Shown here piece by piece: positions 36,007 through 49,200 of a stretch of 64,000 nucleotides of DNA (position 1 is its first letter; the number at the start of each line of letters is the position of its first letter). The position numbers were made by a program, and so were the translations under genes. The notes beneath the pieces were generated by a model that worked only from the letters and a program-made list of their open reading frames with translations, was not told where the DNA came from and did not search any database. The stretch covers positions 20,636,213 through 20,700,212 of the forward strand of contig OZ234493.1 in assembly GCA_965153455.1 (NCBI GenBank). Reading direction: 5' to 3'. Source of the DNA: Sphagnum compactum (Eukaryota).

Positions 36007-38964
36007 CATGAAAGAACTGGCAGTCCCGGTTATTTGAAGCCCCTTAAAGAACCAGTGATCTGGGTCAGTTATTTGAACCCTTTTCAAAAAAAAATTTGAG
36101 AACCGTGATCTTAGATCAGACATTGGATCGTTGATATTTTGAGAACCACGGTTATGAATTCTAAGAACTGCCATCCTAACTGACCCCATGCATGCACAGC
36201 AGGGGAGGGGGGAGCCCACCTTTCTGGACTTTGTTAGTTCTGGACTTTGGTAGTACAGTTACACAATTTTCTGGTAAAGCAATCAACATAGCAACAATTT
36301 CCTATATTCCTATTGTGCACCATCCAGACTCCCTTTCAGTCTGGAAGTTGGTTCTGTTGAAAAGCTTTTGACCTCAGCTACCATGACCTACTGTGACCAT
36401 GAAGTTATGTGAAGGTTTATAATATCAACTTTGTTGTTGGTTTTGTATGTACATACGAGCTTTCATTATATGTGTTGGAATTATATCAATGGCCCACAAA
36501 ATATGTACTTTTGTTACAACATGTTGATGTATATATATATATATATATGTTATTGTTCTGAAATAAATACCATTCAACAAATTTGCTGTCCTCTTTGAAA
36601 CTTGGGAAAAGTCTGCATTAAAGCCAGGTGCCAACTAAAAAGGACTCAAAGTTGAAACTCCAAATGTGGGTAGAAGATTGCAGTCTTCCACGGACTATGA
36701 AATTCAGCAACTAACAATTAACAATTTTTAAAAATTGTTGCTTCTTATGTACAAAACTCATATTCATGTTGCAAATAGTTTGCACAAAAATAGTTTGTAC
36801 ACGAAGGGTGGCCGTTTCAAAAACATAAATGCCCACCACTGGGTATTACACGAAAATAATGATAATAATAATAATAATTTTATGCGGTTTTTACGCACAT
36901 AATGCAGGCTAACAATATCAATTACATTGCCCACTGAATTCTCTCTTTTTGATACCTGTAAAGTCCTCACTTTTCTTTATTAGATATGCTTCTCACTACG
37001 GGAGGAGGTTTGGGAACTTGATGTTCCCCTCGTGGTTCGCCCTCTTAGGTGGTCCTTTGATATTCTTGGACGTGGGTCCTTCTTCCATTTTCTTCCTTGT
37101 ATTCCTCCCCCCCCCCTGTTTTTGGGGTGCTTTGGTTATTTATGATTTGCAGGGTTTCATCATTTAGGGTTCATGGAATCATGATACTAGGTAGTTAGCA
37201 GCATATGGCGGTATACATGAGCCAAGTCAAAGAAAATGCCATGAATAGCAAAAATTCCCTACCGATGATGAGTTCCACAACGTAGAATAAAGCCACAAAT
37301 TGAGAAACTTTTTGGAACAATTATTTGCAACTTGGAGGTTTGAGTTGCCCAAGGTTGAGTGTGTATGGTGCTAAACCCAATCAAATAGGGTGAGGAGGAT
37401 ACCGTACACCACCATGAAGCACAAAATAGAACCCAAAAACCATTTTCATGTACTCTCTTCTTTTCTCAATATACAACTACTTCAAAGCAAAATTAGCATA
37501 TAGAAAAAACCCACATACAGACCAGAAACTCACCACTATCTATGATTGAGTCCAAATTTGCATATGGTTTAATTTTGGCATTCCTAAGAACACGTTTTAA
37601 TGGCTTGACATTATAAGAACAAGTTTGAACGGCTTCAAACAAGCCAAGCCTGCACAACGTTCATGTTCTGAGTGTTCTCTCTCTCTCTCTCTTGTACCCT
37701 TCGTGAGTTGGCCAATAATTCCCCACCTTTCTCGGATTGAGCAAAATTTGAAGGTTCATTACTAATTATGGTCTATTCCCACTCGGCATGTGCATACCAA
37801 AGTCATAGCTTGTGCTTGTGTGAAGCATAAAGTAGCTAAGTATGTGTGGGGGAGGGAGCAAATGTACCTATTTTGCATTTGGAAATCCAATTCAAGGTTT
37901 TGTTCATTTGTTGGGTTTCTAAGTTTACCTAGTGTTTGAAAACCCATGTTGCTATAGTGTGTATATTTTGACACTTTGAAACAACAAAGCCTACTTTACA
38001 TGTCTATTGTCAGCCTGCATGTGTTTCACATTTCAACTCCGAAAGCAGATTCCATATCTGGAGTGAGTCTTTGGACTCTTGACCCAAACCTTCACCACTC
38101 CACTCCACTCCACCCCGGAGGTTTTGGAGGTTTGGCTCCAGACTCTAGACATGGAAAGCTTATTTTTATAGTTTGATTTAGGAGTTATTTTGAGTTTATG
38201 ACAATGGGTTAGTGAGGGATTTTTCAGGGTTTTGTTTCCATTTGAGTTGGGCTGGGGCTTTCTGCTTTTGTATGTGTTTTTTTTAAAAGTCCAAATCAAA
38301 CCCAAAACTAGTTTTCTTCTCTTGTTCCACTTACTTCAAAAATTTTAGCATATACTAGCCCAACTTTCACTCTAGCAAACTATAGTTGATGATGTAGAGC
38401 CTCTTGAATTTTTGACTTCCTTGATTCTATTATTTAGACCTATATAGGCTAGTGATCAAGAACCTCTTTTCTTAACCTCTTTCTTAACCCATAAACTACT
38501 ACTCTAAGATTTATTTTTTCTTTGAATTTGGAAGCAATTCCCCCCCCCCTACCCCACATGGAAGATGCTTTCCTTCAATTGAAGGGACCTTCCATTATTT
38601 ACACACTACCTTCTATTATTATTCAAATGAACTACCTTTCATTCTTTACACTTGGGGAAGGTTTGCTCCTGCAGGCCTCTCCTACTATTTGAGCCTCCCC
38701 TTAAAGAAATGCCAAATAAGTTTGCACTATTCGGTACACGGCACCAACAAGCTTTAAAAAGGCAAGCAATCAATAATATAATGTCAAATAAATTTCTTAG
38801 AACTTTTTGCATTGTGAGTAACTGATTTTGAGAAGAAAAAAAAAACATTTATTAAAAATATTTTATTTTTGCTAAAAATGATATATACTACTCTAGCAAT
38901 AATTACGTGTTTCTAGCGATGATGGTAACTAGAATGTGTGAACGCATGTGAAGTGGATAAATAT

Positions 38965-39625
38965 CAATGTTGGGCAATTTTCTCCTTTTGAAACAAAATT
39001 CGATGGATGATGGATGAGGGTTTGGGTATAATATGGAACCCTCATTGGTGGGTTCTCAAAAATTCAAAGAACCAGTTTTCACTAGGAACCCAAAGAACCG
39101 ATTCCTTTGAACTCTTCAAACCCTAAACCCAGAAGAATCAGTTGTTATCTAATTCTGATTCTTTCTTTATTAACAAAATGGCACAAGGAATGTGCACAAA
39201 CCCTATCTCCAAATAGCCATTACACATTGAACTATTACTTCACTCAAGATAATTAAAATAAATAAATAAATAAATTCAGACCATCAAATCCAGCAATCCC
39301 CAAGTTCTCACAAACCTACCAAACCTTATTACACATTTAACTCTTGTAGTTCACTCAAATAATTTGTTTTTTTTTTGTGAAAAATCAAACCAGCAAAATC
39401 GAACAATTTCATTGCTAATAACATTTTTTTTTTCCTTCACACCTACATTCAAACCTATTCAAATACCCTTTGCATATTTGTACACTAATGCTATAACCCT
39501 AGTCTGCGTTATCAAAATACGATTAAAATCGTGAAACCGGGGGTTCTTCTATTTTGGAATTTGTCAATAACCTCAAGACGCTATAACAAAAGGTTATAAC
39601 AAAATCAAAGAACCACCCAACACTA
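38965..39625. mobile_element. Putative non-autonomous TIR element (MITE-like), AAAGAACC-rich family, carrying a nested repeat
   Basis: The left end CAATGTTGGG and right end AAAGAACCACCCAACACTA are inverted. The same terminus CAATGTTGGGCGGTTCTTT recurs at ~41345. Internal GAACC motifs are shared with 35690-36180. The TSD is only a 5/8 match. Confidence 0.45.
39180..39505. repeat. Dispersed repeat family A, copy 3, nested in the putative MITE
   Basis: TTATTACACATTT, GTTCACTCAA, CAATTTCATT, CCTTCACACCTACA and GTACACTAATGCTATAAC match family A. Confidence 0.7.
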
Positions 39626-40521
39626 GTTAGTATCATAGATGCATCAAGTTAGGAGACCCTCATGGTTATCGTGTAGGTAGGTAAGGATGTGAGGCACTTG
39701 GTGATTACTAGGTAGGTAGGTAGGTAGGTAGGTAGGTAAGTAGGTAGATAGATAGAAAGCAATGGAGGGCCTAATCTTTTGGCCTTGGGTGAACCAACAC
39801 CTACCAAGGCACCATGGTAAAAACTAAAAACCCTCAAGTTGTTTTGGGTTACTTCTTACTATAATATATATGTATCCCAGCCCTAGACTAAATCAAGATC
39901 TCGGAGTCCAAATTTAACATTTCCTTGGCTAATTATTATTAGCTCTAAGAGGTCCTGCCCACGAAGGTGAAGGTACCAAGTGAAGGTGTTGATTCACCAT
40001 AGCCAGTCACACCAGGTATGGCATGTATTTTGTGCTGCTTTCATGTATTTAGAGTAATTAATATTGGTTTGTATTTTGCTTGGAGTTCCTAACTTGATGG
40101 GCTCCATCTCCAAACAAGACTGTTTCTTCATGAGAGTTGAATTGGTTTTTTTATTATTATTCAACTGGAGCCCCCACTTAGGCCATAGCACTGACACCTG
40201 CAAAGTTCATAGGGAGGGGGGTTTTTTAACATTCTAATGTCTCTTACAAACCGTTTCTTTTACTTCTTTTGGCAAAAGTCAGGTCAAAACCCCCACAAAA
40301 GAAGGCCTGAAACTTGCCTATTTTTGTATTCACAGATCCTCTCTCTCTCTCTCCATTTCTTCTTAAATCATGAAACCGTGCCAAACTACATTAAAAACAA
40401 AGCATCCAAGAAAGGGAGAGAAAACAAAACAAGGGGCAAGGACCAAAGTCCAGGCAAGCAAACAGCCCAAAAGAGGCAGGCCAACAAGGAGGCAAGGGAA
40501 CTCACTAAGCATCGAAACCTA

Positions 40522-40670
40522 AAGAAAGGGGAAGTAAACCCGATAGAACTCCAAGCCCACTCCAAGCCTAGAAGAACACTCCCTTGCAATAACTCAAGAA
40601 AGGGGAGGTAAACCCAATAAAACTCCAAGCCTAGAAGAACCCTCCCCTGTAGTAACCAAGAGGAAGGGGA
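40522..40670. repeat. Imperfect tandem duplication, about 2.2 x 65-75 bp
   Basis: AAGAAAGGGGA.GTAAACCC.ATA.AACTCCAAGCC...TAGAAGAAC.CTCCC occurs twice. Confidence 0.7.
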
Positions 40671-41329
40671 AAAACCTTTGGGCATCAAAAGAGTCCATAT
40701 ATTCGGCAATTGCTAAAATCACCCACATGTAAAGAAAGGCCTGTTTCTATGTTGCTATAGCCTTAGCTGTTGCTGGAATAAGCCTACTTTTTTTCTATTG
40801 AAAGAAAGGCAAGCATTTGTTCTAAGAAATCAAGTTTCAACTGACTAAGCTCTTTTAAGGATGGGGCTAGAGACCATGGAAAACCACCTTTACCAGTTGA
40901 TTGTAATCTTCTAAGGCTGCTGCATTTGCCTACTAAATTCAAGTTTCAACTCACCAAGGTTTTTCTTTAAGAATGAGCTAGAGGACAATGGAAAACTAGC
41001 TTTACAGTTCACCCCCCAAGACTTTTGAGCACTAATTATGTGACTTAGCTCACACCCATTGCAGTGTGCACCACCACCCATTGGAAACCCCTTATGACTC
41101 AAACTTCAGTTGTGGTTCAAGAAGCACAATGGAGGAGTTACAAGGGTTCCACCTTGGTAATATATCCTGTAAACCCTCTTATTTTCATCTTATGCTACCT
41201 AACTAATTATCTATCATTACAACAAAAGGTGTCCCTGTATGCCAAGTGATTTCATTGAATTTTGAGTGAATTCACTGGTCTAGTGAATGGGGACTAGTGA
41301 ATTACACCCACATTTTGTAGTAGTGTATG

Positions 41330-41850
41330 TGAGTGAGTAAATATCAATGTTGGGCGGTTCTTTTACCCAATGTTAGTTCTTTGTCAAATTTTTAGTCAAT
41401 TATATATGGATATCACTTGTGGAAATCATTTCATCAAAGAAGAGCCCTTGACCTTAGAATTGTTGTACTCAAACCTTGCTCCAACCCAAGAATCATTTCT
41501 ATAAAAAAATTCAAACACATCTTTTGCCCTAACACCAATGAACAACTAAGGTTCTTTGACAAAGAACCCTCTTATTTCCATCTTACACTACCTAACTAAT
41601 TACCTATGTGAGTTGGTGAATATTGAGGTTGGGTGGTTCTTTTACCCAATGTTAGTTCTTTGTCAATTTTTTGATCAATTATATATGGATATCACTTGTG
41701 GAAATCATTCCATCAAAGAAAAGCCCTCGGCCCTAGATTTGTTGTACTTTGAGCCTTGCTCCAATCCAAGAATAATCTTCTTTTTTTAAATTCAAACACA
41801 CCTTTTGCCCCGACACCAATGAACAATTCTGGTTCTTAACAAAGAACCAG
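41330..41850. repeat. Tandem duplication, 2 x ~277 bp, beginning at a MITE-like terminus
   Basis: GGTTCTTTTACCCAATGTTAGTTCTTTGTCAA...ATATGGATATCACTTGTGGAAATCATT.CATCAAAGAA...ACACCAATGAACAA recurs with a ~277-bp offset. Confidence 0.9.
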
Positions 41851-42589
41851 ATTGTGTAACTTTTTAAGAACCATTAGTTTTCCAACAAAACTTTAGGGTT
41901 TTTTTGAGCTTTTTGTGACTAAGTGCAATGAAGAAATTGGGAGCACAATTGATAGGTGGAATGTTGCATTATGTTCCTTTGATTTGTTCTTGAATGTGAT
42001 TTCGAAAGGAGAATTTTTTATGCCATCATTGCCCTTTTTGGTTTTATTCTAATAAGGCAAATGTATTGGAATTCAAGTTAGATAAAGATAACCAAATGTC
42101 ACACTAATTAATTTTTTATTTTTTTGTCTTTAATCATCTTCATCTTACATCTTGTGGTTTTTTTTCTTCATTTCTCTTCGCCTTATCACCAATCTCAAAA
42201 ATGTTTGATGTTTTATGTAATGCGAGTTTTCTTTTCTTAACTTGTGATTAACACTTGGCATTATTTACTTGCTATTGGTGTTTGTTGTAAGCTTCTCATC
42301 ACATCGCTTTTGATATCGGCTAGCAAATTCTACCTTTTTTTTTTTTTTTCTTTCAACTTGCAAGTTTGTCTCCATTGTTTTTTTCATGATTCCTACACTT
42401 CTTTCACAAGATTCTAATTCCTTGCTACCATTTTGATGGAATTAACAATTCCAAATGTTTAACATGTAGCCCAAACTAAACAATAACAAGGTGTTCATTG
42501 TACATGGGGCTTTGAAATGATAACAATAACAACATTGTGAACAATACTATAGAGCAAGAACACCCTTTTGATAGGTTAGTAATCATGAA

Positions 42590-43503
42590 TGACGCACTCC
42601 TAAGCTCCTTGATAGACTCAAATCTGAATCTAAGGTGAAAACAGCGAAAGGATGAGGGACCGGGGCACGTTCCCTGGCTCGCAGCACTTCGAGGGTAGAA
42701 GGGCATGCTGGAGCTTCGAGATGGAGACTAGGACAAATGACAAGTGGGTCAATTAATCACATGGACCTGCACAAACCAAACAACAAGTTGGTTATTGCAT
42801 AGTTATAGCACTTTTGGTGCATAGATGAGCTACGGGTAAACACATACTCACAAAACTCACCACAGCCCGGACTTAGGGAAGCCACCATCTTCCCCCTTGT
42901 AGTATTCTCTGTGCCTGGCCATGGGGCCAGCACCCAAATGTCATTTTGTCCCAGGATTCCCAAGTTGGAGTCCCGAATTTTTTGAATTGGGACTCATGCG
43001 ACTTTGGAGGCCCATAATTTTGTGTGCAAACCTTTGATTGAGGTGAGGTTTAAAGCAAAGTTGTAGCTCTCGTCAAGAGCTTTCCAACGGTGTGTGACAT
43101 GTCACCTGCACGTAAGGAAATCAAGGCGATTCCCGACTTTTAATGGTCGGGAGTCAAATTGGCAATTTGATTTTCGACCCTTCTTTTGGCCATAACTTAT
43201 GTTTTAAGTGCCCAAATGGGTCATGCAATCCCATTTTAACATCTACATTCCAAAAAGTTTTCCAATGACATAAAGAACTCTTTAATCCAATGCGTTTTGA
43301 CGCTTGCAATTGCCCTCTGAATATTTGGGAGTCCATCGGGACTCCAACTCCCAAAGTGGGAGTTCACTTGGGAGTGTGGGGTTCATCCCCTCACACTCTC
43401 CTACACTCCCGGGAGCATGAAACGTGACTCTTGGGCTTCACTCTTGGCTCGCACCTTTGCAAACCCTCGCCTTGGTCGCGAGCCCAAGGTTAGGGTTGCG
43501 ACA
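42590..43503. mobile_element. Solo LTR of an LTR retrotransposon, 914 bp
   Basis: Begins TGACGCA and ends TGCGACA (TG...CA, 6/7 inverted termini). Flanked by a 5-bp TSD with one mismatch (ATGAA 42585-42589, ATGAG 43504-43508). Richer in GC and CpG than its flanks. No internal gag/pol sequence. Confidence 0.85.
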
Positions 43504-45250
43504 ATGAGCTTGTTGTGAAATAGGTGTTTTGGAAAATTTGAAAAAGCAATAAAAGGTTGAAAGCCTCCTCCCATAAATTCAACCATTTAGGCCTTCTTAA
43601 AGGTGAACAATAACCAGTTTGTTGATTTAAAAAGTAGTCAAATCATGCAATGCATAGTTTGCCACAATGAAATGGTTGGCCCAAAGATTTGAGCCTCATG
43701 CACAAGGTGCCACAAAGGCTTCATTGTTTACTAGAAAACTAATGGCATACTACCATGAAAAAACATATAAAGCAAAATCACACAAGTTTACTTTAAAAGT
43801 ATTTAGAAGAGACAAATGTTCATCCTTGAAACCTTTTTGAACTGGAAGCAACAAATAATCAGTAGAATGTAACATCAAATGTCATCTTTGAACTTTTGTT
43901 TGTTGCAAATCCATTCTTAAAAAATAAGTGACATAGAAAAGGTTCTTGGAAGATCTATCATTTTGTTTGTAATCAAAGGTTTTTTGTTACAAAAAAATGT
44001 CAAGCGTATTTGTTTTCCACATATTGGCATATTAGTTGTGCCCAAAGTTGGTGTTCTAATTCAAGAAAGTTTTCACTTAAAAAGTTATTCATACATTAGG
44101 GAATAAGACCTTGGTTGAATATGTGCAATCTACCTTGCCCAATTTCTTGTCAAACATGTGCACTTCTAATCTTTGGATGTCAAAAAGGGCCCATGATGTT
44201 TGTGTGGTTGTTGTTCATTTTTTATTTAATGGTTGGAGCTCAAACATGTCACAATTGGCTTGTTTGAAACAAGTGATATAAGTTGTGATGCAATGGTTAT
44301 AAAGTTAAGACAAACTCCTTAACAACTTTGATTTCACACAAAAGATTATGTCTTCAGAAGCAAGACATCCAATTTACAAACCTATGTAAATAACTTTTAA
44401 TTTGATTGTTTCATGTGATAGCCTTGGCATGTTTGCACCATTTGATCGCTTTTGTTATGGGCATGCACCATCAAAATATGCCAATATGCTACTACATATG
44501 ACAAGGTGGCTCATGGATTATGTTATGCGTCAATAAATTACATGCAAATAGATATCCAAAAGTTTATCACATGGCCAAAAAAATTCAACAAGGGGAGGTA
44601 TGTGTGAAACAAAGCTTGCATGGATTCTAATTTGAGAACCCACAAATTAAAAACCCTAGTAAAAACAAGGTATTCTTGTACACTATAACCATAATTTTTT
44701 GAAACGATTTTATGACTGATTTTTTCAAGTTTTTATGCATATTAAAAAATCAAATATTTCTTCCATGGAACTAGAAAAAGGGACTTGTGAACTTGCAAAT
44801 CCTTTTTCTCCATGAGCTTCAATTTTGTCATGGCTAAACTTTGATGGATTATTTTCAATTCCATATCTACCCTATGCATGGTTCCTTTGTGATCTATGTT
44901 ATTTGCTTTTGGCTGTAGGTTTGCAAGTCATGTTTTGTTGTTCCAAGATGTTTTGACTTATTGAAGTGTCATTGCATAATGTTATAAACAACAAATAGTG
45001 ACATTATAAAGACATTGTGTTCCATTTCCAAGAAGTTAAGCAACTTGTGAAGATGTTGCGAAAGTAGTCACCAATCATGATTACATGTGTCCTAAATCAA
45101 AATGGTGAACATTGATTTCTTCGAAACACAATGTTAATTTATCATAACCAACATTATTACAACAACACGATTTTTTACTAGCAGCATTGTGACTAAGATG
45201 ATTGCAAAGCTCATTTGTTTGAAATTATCAACTATGTTCAATTTGACTAA
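43504..45250 (+). mobile_element. Decayed hAT-like DNA transposon (BED zinc finger plus transposase remnant)
   Basis: Broken reading frames give AFLKVNNN..VDLKSSQIMQCIVCH...KGFIVY*KTNGI..MKKH (BED-finger-like), then LWMSKRAHDVCVVVVHF, HVTIGLFETSD, CQYATTYDKV, IQKFITWPKK..KG, LKTLVKTR/FAS. Many stops and frameshifts. Termini not identified. Confidence 0.7.
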
Positions 45251-45700
45251 AATCAAATCTAGGTATGTCTATTTTAAATGACAATAAAATAAAATCTAAT
45301 AAAATGGACACTATATTGTTGAACACATAATGTATATGGCACCCACATGGAATTATCTACTTGAATAATGTGATTAATATAATTTAAATCAATCATCTAA
45401 ATATGAATGATTGTGGTTGGAATGGTACTTTAATGATATGGAATAACTTTTGATGATATGGTTAGTTGGAAGGAAGTGAAGAGCTTTGATTTTGAATGAA
45501 ATGATTCATTTCAATTATGAGGTCGAATGCAAAAAAATTGAAAAAAATGTGTTGCATATGAACTTGATGCATTTCATCATTATCATGGTGATGTAAACAA
45601 CTACAAGAGTGCAGTTTTTGGTGGCTCACATAAGAGCATAGGTTTCCAACCATGGCTCCACTAACTTGATAAATTCATAGGATTTCAATTAATCAAATTA

Positions 45701-46280
45701 TGATACACCCCTAGGTTTGTTAGTGATTTCAACAATAATTTTTTTTTATGATTATTGATTTTATATTGGAATGCAAACCCAAGACATGTTCCCTAACACC
45801 CAAGAAAGATATGGGGGATGGGAGCTTTTAAATGGGACTAGAACAAACTGACGTGAAATAAGAGTTCAAAATGAAAGTAATATGCACAAACCAAGAAAAA
45901 TGGCAATTAATACAAATTGAAATTAAAACGGTGCACAAATGAACCATGGGCAACCTAACTCATGAAACACACAATGGCCTAGATTTGGGAGAAATTCGCC
46001 ACTCTCCTCTTTATAGTATAATGATATGGTTGCATCAAAGTGGCAAAAAGTTTCAAGATTCGGGATGTTGAATTTTAAGAAATTTCCAAGTTATGAGTAC
46101 CACAACTTTGTGGGTTCATGACTTTTTAAGAGCTCCAATTGAAAGACTTTCAACTAAAAAGTTTTAAACTTTGAAAAAAAAAAGTAATGTTATATCACAC
46201 ATTCCAATCGAAGGTGTTTTGACTCTTTTTTTTAGGTTTTAATGGTCAAGAATTAATCAAAACACATTTTGTGATCTTTA
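45701..46280. mobile_element. Older, degenerate copy of the same LTR family
   Basis: Starts TGATACACCCCTAGG (compare TGACGCACTCCTAAG). Collinear blocks are shared with 42590-43503: GGAGCTT..ATGGGACTAG, TGCACAAACCAA, GGTGCA.A.ATGA.C.A.GGG, TTTAATGGTC. The right end is uncertain. Confidence 0.6.
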
Positions 46281-49200
46281 GGATTTTTTTTAATTCCTTG
46301 TTTTTTCTTTCACTTTGGTCACAATTCAGATACCCAAAAAGACTTTTGCATTACAAATGACTTCAATTCACAAAATTTAACTATGGACATATATATTTTT
46401 CCTTTATATTATATCTTCAATTTGAAATGACCAATGAGTTTTATAGGTTGCAATAAACACAAACATGGTCATTTTTTAAAATATGGTACGCAATTTAATG
46501 TCCTTGAGATTCCTAAAAAGCAAACTTTAGGATGTGTCCCAATAATTTTAATATCTTATAAGAATAAATAGGAATAATAAAATTATGTCCAATTGCACCA
46601 ATTTTGAATCATAAACAAATGATGTTCTTAGATATCAATTTCCATTAAAAATTTTCCAATTTCATTTTCCAACTTCTTGATAGAGTGTTTGAAAAATACA
46701 TATGGATGGTTAGTAGTTAGTATATAGTTAATTATGAGACAATGATACAATTGAAAAGCATCATGTCCATACACCATCTATCTGACATATTGAAATTACA
46801 AAAAAAGTCACTTATAACCAATCAATATACATGCGACCGGTTGCCATATGCAATTGTTTTGGACATTCATGGAATTAAAAAGTTGCCATTCTATAATTTT
46901 TAATATATATGGTAGTGTATGCAACTAGTTTGTAACTAATGATGCAAAAAACTAAGGTTTTCCATCCAAGTGTATTATTTTATTGTTTAGTCACACATGT
47001 GACCACCTTACGGTTATGTATTCAACTAATATGCAATTATTAGTCTATAGTAATATGCAGGCAAGGCTACCTAGATACTTAGTTAAATAGGTTACACTAC
47101 ATACCTAACTATTTTGTGCATAGGTAGGTTAGGTTACAATACTCTATTTACATAAATAACTAGGCTAACCTAAGAAACCTACTTAGCTTTGTTAGCAACT
47201 ATTAAATATTGACATAATTTGCAAAATGCATGTCCAAAACCTATTAATAACTTATTATAATCCCATTTTTAAAAAAATAATTAGTTTTTCAAGTTGTTAT
47301 GACCAACATTATTGAAATATATGCCACAATGTTTTTCCATACATTGAACTAAACATCCTTGAAATTATTATTTTTGCCAATGTGAAACATAATGGTTCGA
47401 TATCTTAAAAAATGGTCCAATGGTGACATGTTCCCATTACCAACGAGTTGGAGGTGAGGGTAATGGACTAAACTGAGGAGGAAAAATGCAGGTTCTTCTT
47501 TGCAAATGTCATGCAATTTACAACAATAACAAAAGGTTCATGAACATTAATTTACATGCACAATCTAGGAAGAAAGAAAATCTTTGAGAAATTTTACATA
47601 GATACAATGTTGGCATTACCCATTGTACATTCACTAAACTTCATGGTATTTGAAATGTGTGTTGATGCACATAATGACTATAATAATGTTGTCATTTTGG
47701 TACATGTGTACATTTGAAAGGACTTAGGAAATATAATATACCTCACCGTAGTAATGGTAAAATGGACTAGATATGCTTATGGTGCACACACTTCCTTTCA
47801 AGCCAAAACATGCAAGTTGGTCACCCTTGCCATTTGATCAACAACAACAAAACCTTCAATTTGTTTCCATTCACTTCCCATTTGCTAACCCTAGTTTCTC
47901 CATCTTAATTTGTGGGATTCAACAATTTTTTCATGACAAGATTGATGGACAAGGAACAAGGAAAAAAAACTCATTAAAACTTTTACAATTCCTCTCCTTG
48001 CGCATAATTAAATATAACATTTGTTACCTTTTAAGACCTCCAAAACTATCCATCAAAATTCCACATAAAATTTAAAAATAAATGACCACGTAAAAGTTCA
48101 AAATTGAATTTTTGGATAAATTATGATTCAAAAAATAAAATCTTATAACAAAGGTCTAGATATTTGTCCAAGTTGAAAATACCTAAAACATAAGTCTTAA
48201 AAATACAAATGATTGGAACTTTATAATTCACAAAACATGGGCTTAGAACCACCTTGTGTTGTTGCATGTTGTAATAAGTTATTAACATTGTGTTTTCGCT
48301 TTTCTTGTTCATTTGCATGACCACATCATGTATTTAAATTCCATGAATTGAGATCCATGCCATTGCCAACCTTCCCCTTCTTAAAAATGAATATATGGTC
48401 ATTAAATGGGAATAAATGATACACCAAACCAACATTTTTTTGGGTGCAAAATTTCACATTGTTGTGATTTTCTTGGTGAAAAATGAATATTTCATTGTAA
48501 TATTATTTGGTTTTGAAAACAATCACCCAAAAGGAGGTAATTTGGGTTGGTTTTGCGAGATCTCTATTATTGGTAAGGACTTTTTCTAGGGATAGGTTTT
48601 AATAACATATCATTTATTCTCAAACTTTTCTTTGGATGCTTGTTATTGACTCTCCAACAGGAAAAAACATTACACCAAATCATATTTTGTTTAGAAAAAG
48701 AGGTGTGTTTGAGCTTAATAATGCATGTTTATCTTCAATGAAAATGACAGATGATTTGTGTAAGGTAAGGACATTGAAGCTATTTTGAATTGTCCCCACA
48801 TGTGGACCTTACCCATCTTATAACACATGATGAACATTATGATTAACCTAAACATACTTACAACACATGGTTGTAGGAATAAAACCACTTTACACCTACA
48901 ACTTACAAGAATCCTAAATAGGTCTAAAAGGGCAATTGTAAGTATGTTCAGGTTAATAAACAAAATTATTCATAAACATAAGGTGGCCTCCAAATAAATT
49001 AAGAAATGTTTTGAAAAACTTTTGCAACTTCAAATTGAATGAACTATGAAATAAACCTACCTAATGCAATGTAACACTAAATTACTATTCCCAAACTTAA
49101 TATGTTCAATCAGCTTTTCTAAACAAAAATCAATGATTAAATTGTGAGGTATAGTAGCATCCTTTGATAACACCTTCATTTGTAAACATTCATGGTATGT

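Noticed and set aside
41232..41244. TCCCTGTATGCCA matches the 3' part of miR160
   Set aside because: The 5' eight nucleotides do not match and I see no star arm.
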